From the NCBI GenBank assembly GCA_964187785.1, contig OZ076409.1, forward strand, positions 65,784,001 to 65,848,000: a DNA stretch of 64,000 nt, written 5' to 3'. Below, piece after piece: positions 59,971 to 64,000 of the stretch. Numbering within the stretch: position 1 is the stretch's first letter; each line of letters starts with the position of its first letter. Position numbers and translations under genes: made by a program. Origin of the DNA: Amphiscolops sp. MND2022. Its lineage: Eukaryota. The notes beneath the pieces are model-generated. The model saw only the letters and a list, made by a program, of their open reading frames with translations, ran no database searches and had not been told where the DNA came from.

Positions 59971-59991
59971 CTGACACAAGTTCATCCAAAT
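59971..59991 (-). CDS. Candidate 21-nt GPCR micro-exon (IWMNLCQ)
   Basis: tttttcactttgaag|ATTTGGATGAACTTGTGTCAG|gtaagt; phase 0/0, compatible with the neighbouring exons. Confidence 0.4.
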
Positions 59992-60951
59992 CTTCAAAGT
60001 GAAAAACAAACATTTAACAGGAAGGACATTCAATCACAGTGAAACTTTTCGATGTTCTGTGATAAAAATTTGATGAAGTCCTATTGAAGCATAAAATAAC
60101 ATCGATGTTTTGTTTTTTTTTCAGACAAAACAATTACAATAAAAATAATTTATGGAATGCAGTGAGCTTGTTGGAATTATTTCAGCTCAATTTTAAATAA
60201 TAAATAATGGAAGACTTTTATTACAAAAAACCATGTTTTTGATCCGCATTTCAACTTTGAATTTTTGACTTTAATAAAACTTTTGACCTTGTAATTACAC
60301 ACGGATGAATGTTAGAGAAAAGGATCTCCGATTTTTCCTTGAGGCCCATTTGTTCGTTCGCTCAGCTTTCATTCCAAAGGTTAACCCCTAGTGAGTTAAA
60401 CAATTAACAAGAAATGTATCTTTCAATGATATATAGAACAGTTCCAATAACACGCTGTTTTCTGACATTTTTTATAATGGGCGTTTGCAAAAAAGATTTG
60501 GCTTGAATACTCCGAAAATAAATGTTTGAAAATTCTTCAACAGGAAGTTTTTCTCAGGAAGCTTAATTTCAAGAGGAGTCAACGTAAAGGCCCAAAAAGG
60601 AGCATTAAAAATAATCTCTTTCATCTTTTTGTATTACCCTCTTAATCACAGCTTTTTGGAATAAATTTGAGTTAGATCTACCTGACTAAGAGTTTCAAAA
60701 CACGCCGAATTCCGAAATTCAATATATTAAGTTGCTACATTGTTCTAAATCACCAGTTTTCTCTATTACTTATTCTGATTAAAAATCATAGTTTCTTCGT
60801 TTGTTCTCAAAATTAAAAGATACTTTCACTCCAAGAAAAAACCGATAAATTTGATTTCATTTCATTTGAAGAGATCTTGAAATAATTTGGAAAAAGGCAA
60901 GGGTAGAAACAGGGAAAGAAGAAGCAAAACTGAAATTCTCTCTTTACTCAC

Positions 60952-61314
60952 CTGAGTGAGATCGAACAGGGCCGACAATAAATCAGAAAGAGAGAGGTTG
61001 AAAACAAAGTAATTGCCGACATTTTGCAAGTTTCGAAACTTTGTGATTGCGATGCAAACCATGGAATTGGCGACAATTCCCGCCAAAGTGATCACGAATC
61101 GAATTGACGTCACACAAACTATGAGAGCCTGGGGAGCAGCGAACTCGTCACTGGTGCCGTTGTTCATCATCATGTAATCGTATACCTCGATCAACGAGTT
61201 GTTAGACTCCGCTTCGAAGGTTGCGGGTTCGAATCTAGGGGTGGTCGAAAGGGTTGTGACGGGCAGTTGAAGGGCTATAATGGAAATACAAGTGATAACC
61301 AGGGACACGGGCAT
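60952..61314 (-). CDS. Class A GPCR first coding exon (signal peptide, N-terminus, TM1, TM2)
   Basis: Hydrophobic N-terminus, NNS and NGT sequons, GIVANSMV (TM1 Asn), NYFVFNLSLSDLL (TM2), donor CAG|gtgagt in phase 0. Confidence 0.88.
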
Positions 61315-64000
61315 GTTTGTGAATTCTAGTAAATTGTGGATTATAACTCAGATGTTTGTAAAATGGGTTATATAAATGGTTGGTTAGGAGAGGAGAGGTT
61401 AATAACCACTGTAGTTTATGAGTAATATGGAATAATCAATGATAAAATAGCCGTCAAACGATCAATTGACAAAAGGTTCAATTAGTTGCAACTTGGCGAT
61501 TGCCGGTCGATTTAAAACACTTGAACAATAGCAACTATCTCAACTTATGTAATTCCAAATATTTGCGCCCGCTTGTATAGTTGAGTCCAGAGCACACATT
61601 TGACCAAATTTGGAAATTACGGGGAGCTATAATTTTCCAAACTTGTCAGAGGTGTTTGAGCGAAAATAAGTGAGTGTGGGAATTAGTTGCCCGGGGATGT
61701 TTAAGAAGCTGTTCTGATTGGCAAGCAATGAAAGAATAGGAAGCTTGTGGAAAGTATGGAAAAATAAAATGATTGCTTCAAAGCTATTGGTCGCTTGCAA
61801 CAACAGTCGTTTCAAAACTGTCTTCAACAGAGGAGTAAAAAGCGAGAGGAAAGATGATATTTGTGTCTTTTAAGACCAATAAACGCAACGATTGAAAAAG
61901 GAATTCATGTATAAAAAGAAAATTAGAAACGTAGACACTTACTTATAAAAAACTCAAAAACATTTCAAATGTAGAAAAAATTTCTAAGCATTCACATGAA
62001 AGCTGAATTAAAAGAAAGTAAAGCTGAAGAATGAAATAATACGCGCGTTGACGATGGAAGTTAGTCGAAATAAAGTAGTTTAATTTCAAATTTTTCAGAA
62101 TAATCCAAAAAGTTTTCGACTTTTTATATGTGTGAATTTTTATATTGCGATGTGTGAATATAATCGTAACAAATTAAGGTATGGATCAAACCATTTCTCA
62201 GATATAATTTTTTTCTAGGAATGGTTTCGGACAAAAGCTAAAAAATTGAGTTGTATTCAAGGAATACCAAAAGCTGACTCGAAATATGACAGAATTAAAT
62301 GAATGATAACAGCTTGCAAAACGAGAAACTGCTAGTTTCTCCCATTCTCCCATTCTTACTGCTAGTTTTTCAGAGTAATCTACAGATTAATTGAAACTGT
62401 TGAAAAAATTGAATTTTCTACATTTTGGACTAGACCGGCGTCGACATGTTTTTTTTTCAATATAAATAGAGACAGATTGCCGTTGATTCCAATTGGATCT
62501 AAATAGCGGTAACATCTTTTTGCTAAACCTCTAAGGGGAATAGACAAGTTTATGAATTTCATCTCGCTTCATTAATAAAGAGTAACCACAAAGGACTTCT
62601 TGTCGTTTCATTTCATTGGGTTTCGTCACTTTTTGGTACGTAGTTCCGGCGACTCCCTCTCAAGTCTGAGAACTTGAAATAAATTGGTCACTTTTTATAA
62701 TTTAAGCTCGGTTTACGTTTGTCTGCAGTTCAAGTCCGCAAATACATGTACCATTTTCCAACTCAAAACTTATCATCGGATCAATCGTTCATACATGCTT
62801 GTCTGTGTTACTTTAGAAAAGACGATTGAAAACTGAAAGTTTTTAAGACTCAAACAAACTGAAAATTTAGGCTTCGTTGAAACTTTTCCATTGAAGTTCA
62901 TGCACGGTTTGAAAGAATTTGAAAGAATTGAAAGGATTTTGTCTTTATTCAGCCTTTTCACTAGTTCTCCGCTGAGTGGCGATTTAAAAAATCGAAATTT
63001 AAAATTTCAATTCAGAATATGACCATGTTGTCAAATATTAAATTAGTAATACCAAAAATGCCCGTAGTCCTAAGTGTCCGTACCTTCACTTTTTCAAAAT
63101 CAAAACGAATGTGAACAGACTACACTGTTGACCATTTTTCCTCAGAAGTTTTAAAGAAATACGACTGTGAGTTTACCTTATAGATTCAGTTTAACGTTGA
63201 AGGAAACTAGTATAGTCGAGGTACCAATAAGTGGAAAAATAAATTGTAGCGAGTATCCTTATATACAATTTCGTACAGAATCAAGCATGCCTATTGTGCT
63301 GATTTTTAACAGGAACCTTCTCTACACAATTATCACAAAGATATCACCAACAGTATGATTTCCTCAAGGCTCCCATCAATTTTCTGAAGTGTTCAAAATT
63401 GAGGGTTGATCGTTGTTAGCTATTTTGTTCACAATAGTTAACGCAATAATGAGCAATTTAAGCGCAACATCAACACATGAGAAAGTAATGCAATGTCAAG
63501 AGATGTTGTTTGTAAGGAGTGGCGACGTTTCGGGAGACTTCAGATTGTCAATCTATGCTGGGGCAAGTCAAAAATGCATAAGCGATTCAAATATGCTCAC
63601 GCGAGACGAGACATGCTTTGCGGGAGGAACATACGACGTAGAAGCTCTGAAAATACTGCTCTCCAATCTGTATTATTCACATATTGGTGTTTAGAGTCAT
63701 TCGAATTTCCAACCTAATTTAGACAGCTACCTTGCCGTATAAGTGGAAAACCAATCAATTAAAAAAGGTGGTGGATGTCTAAGAAAATGAACCAAATTGT
63801 CAAAGTTTGACGAAGTAGCCTAGGTTTGCTAAATCATTTCAGTACATTGTAGTACTCTCAAGTTGCAAAAACACTATTTAAAAAAGTAGAGGGCGCTTTA
63901 TTGCTTACATTGAAAGAAATTGTGAAAACATGCATTCCGTAGTACGATTCGAGCTACAAATCGTAGTAAAGTAAAATAAATCTCTATATACCAAACCCTC

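Noticed and set aside
63413..63717. Short overlapping plus-strand ORFs in a slightly GC-richer patch
   Set aside because: No recognisable homology or convincing splice context.

Overview
AT-rich animal (probably invertebrate) genomic DNA, mostly transposable elements. A class A (rhodopsin-like) GPCR gene on the minus strand appears to run through nearly the whole window. I found a first coding exon at 60952-61314 (signal peptide, TM1-TM2), a possible 21-nt micro-exon at 59971-59991, a TM3 exon at 4367-4485 and a DR|F-TM4 exon at 3510-3641. This implies an intron of about 55 kb. That intron holds a full-length CR1-group LINE, a decayed and a near-intact Mag-like Ty3/Gypsy element, a 15.4-kb Gypsy element, a solo LTR, a decayed Tc1-like transposon, MITEs, two families of non-autonomous Helentron-like (HINE/DINE-1-like) elements, and a 2.3-2.5-kb tandem triplication. 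A fourth Gypsy element is cut by the left window edge. The most unusual object is the 15.4-kb Gypsy (18311-33665). Its Gag-Pol continues in frame, past a single TAA, into AT-hook-like motifs, a Cys cluster and two TARG1/OARD1-like macrodomains. It also shows a possible degenerate second protease domain, a PBS displaced 15 nt from the LTR, an apparent 3-bp TSD, and a 4-kb leader with about 720-bp (roughly 4 x 180-bp) periodicity. All calls are by eye from motif memory; no searches were run.
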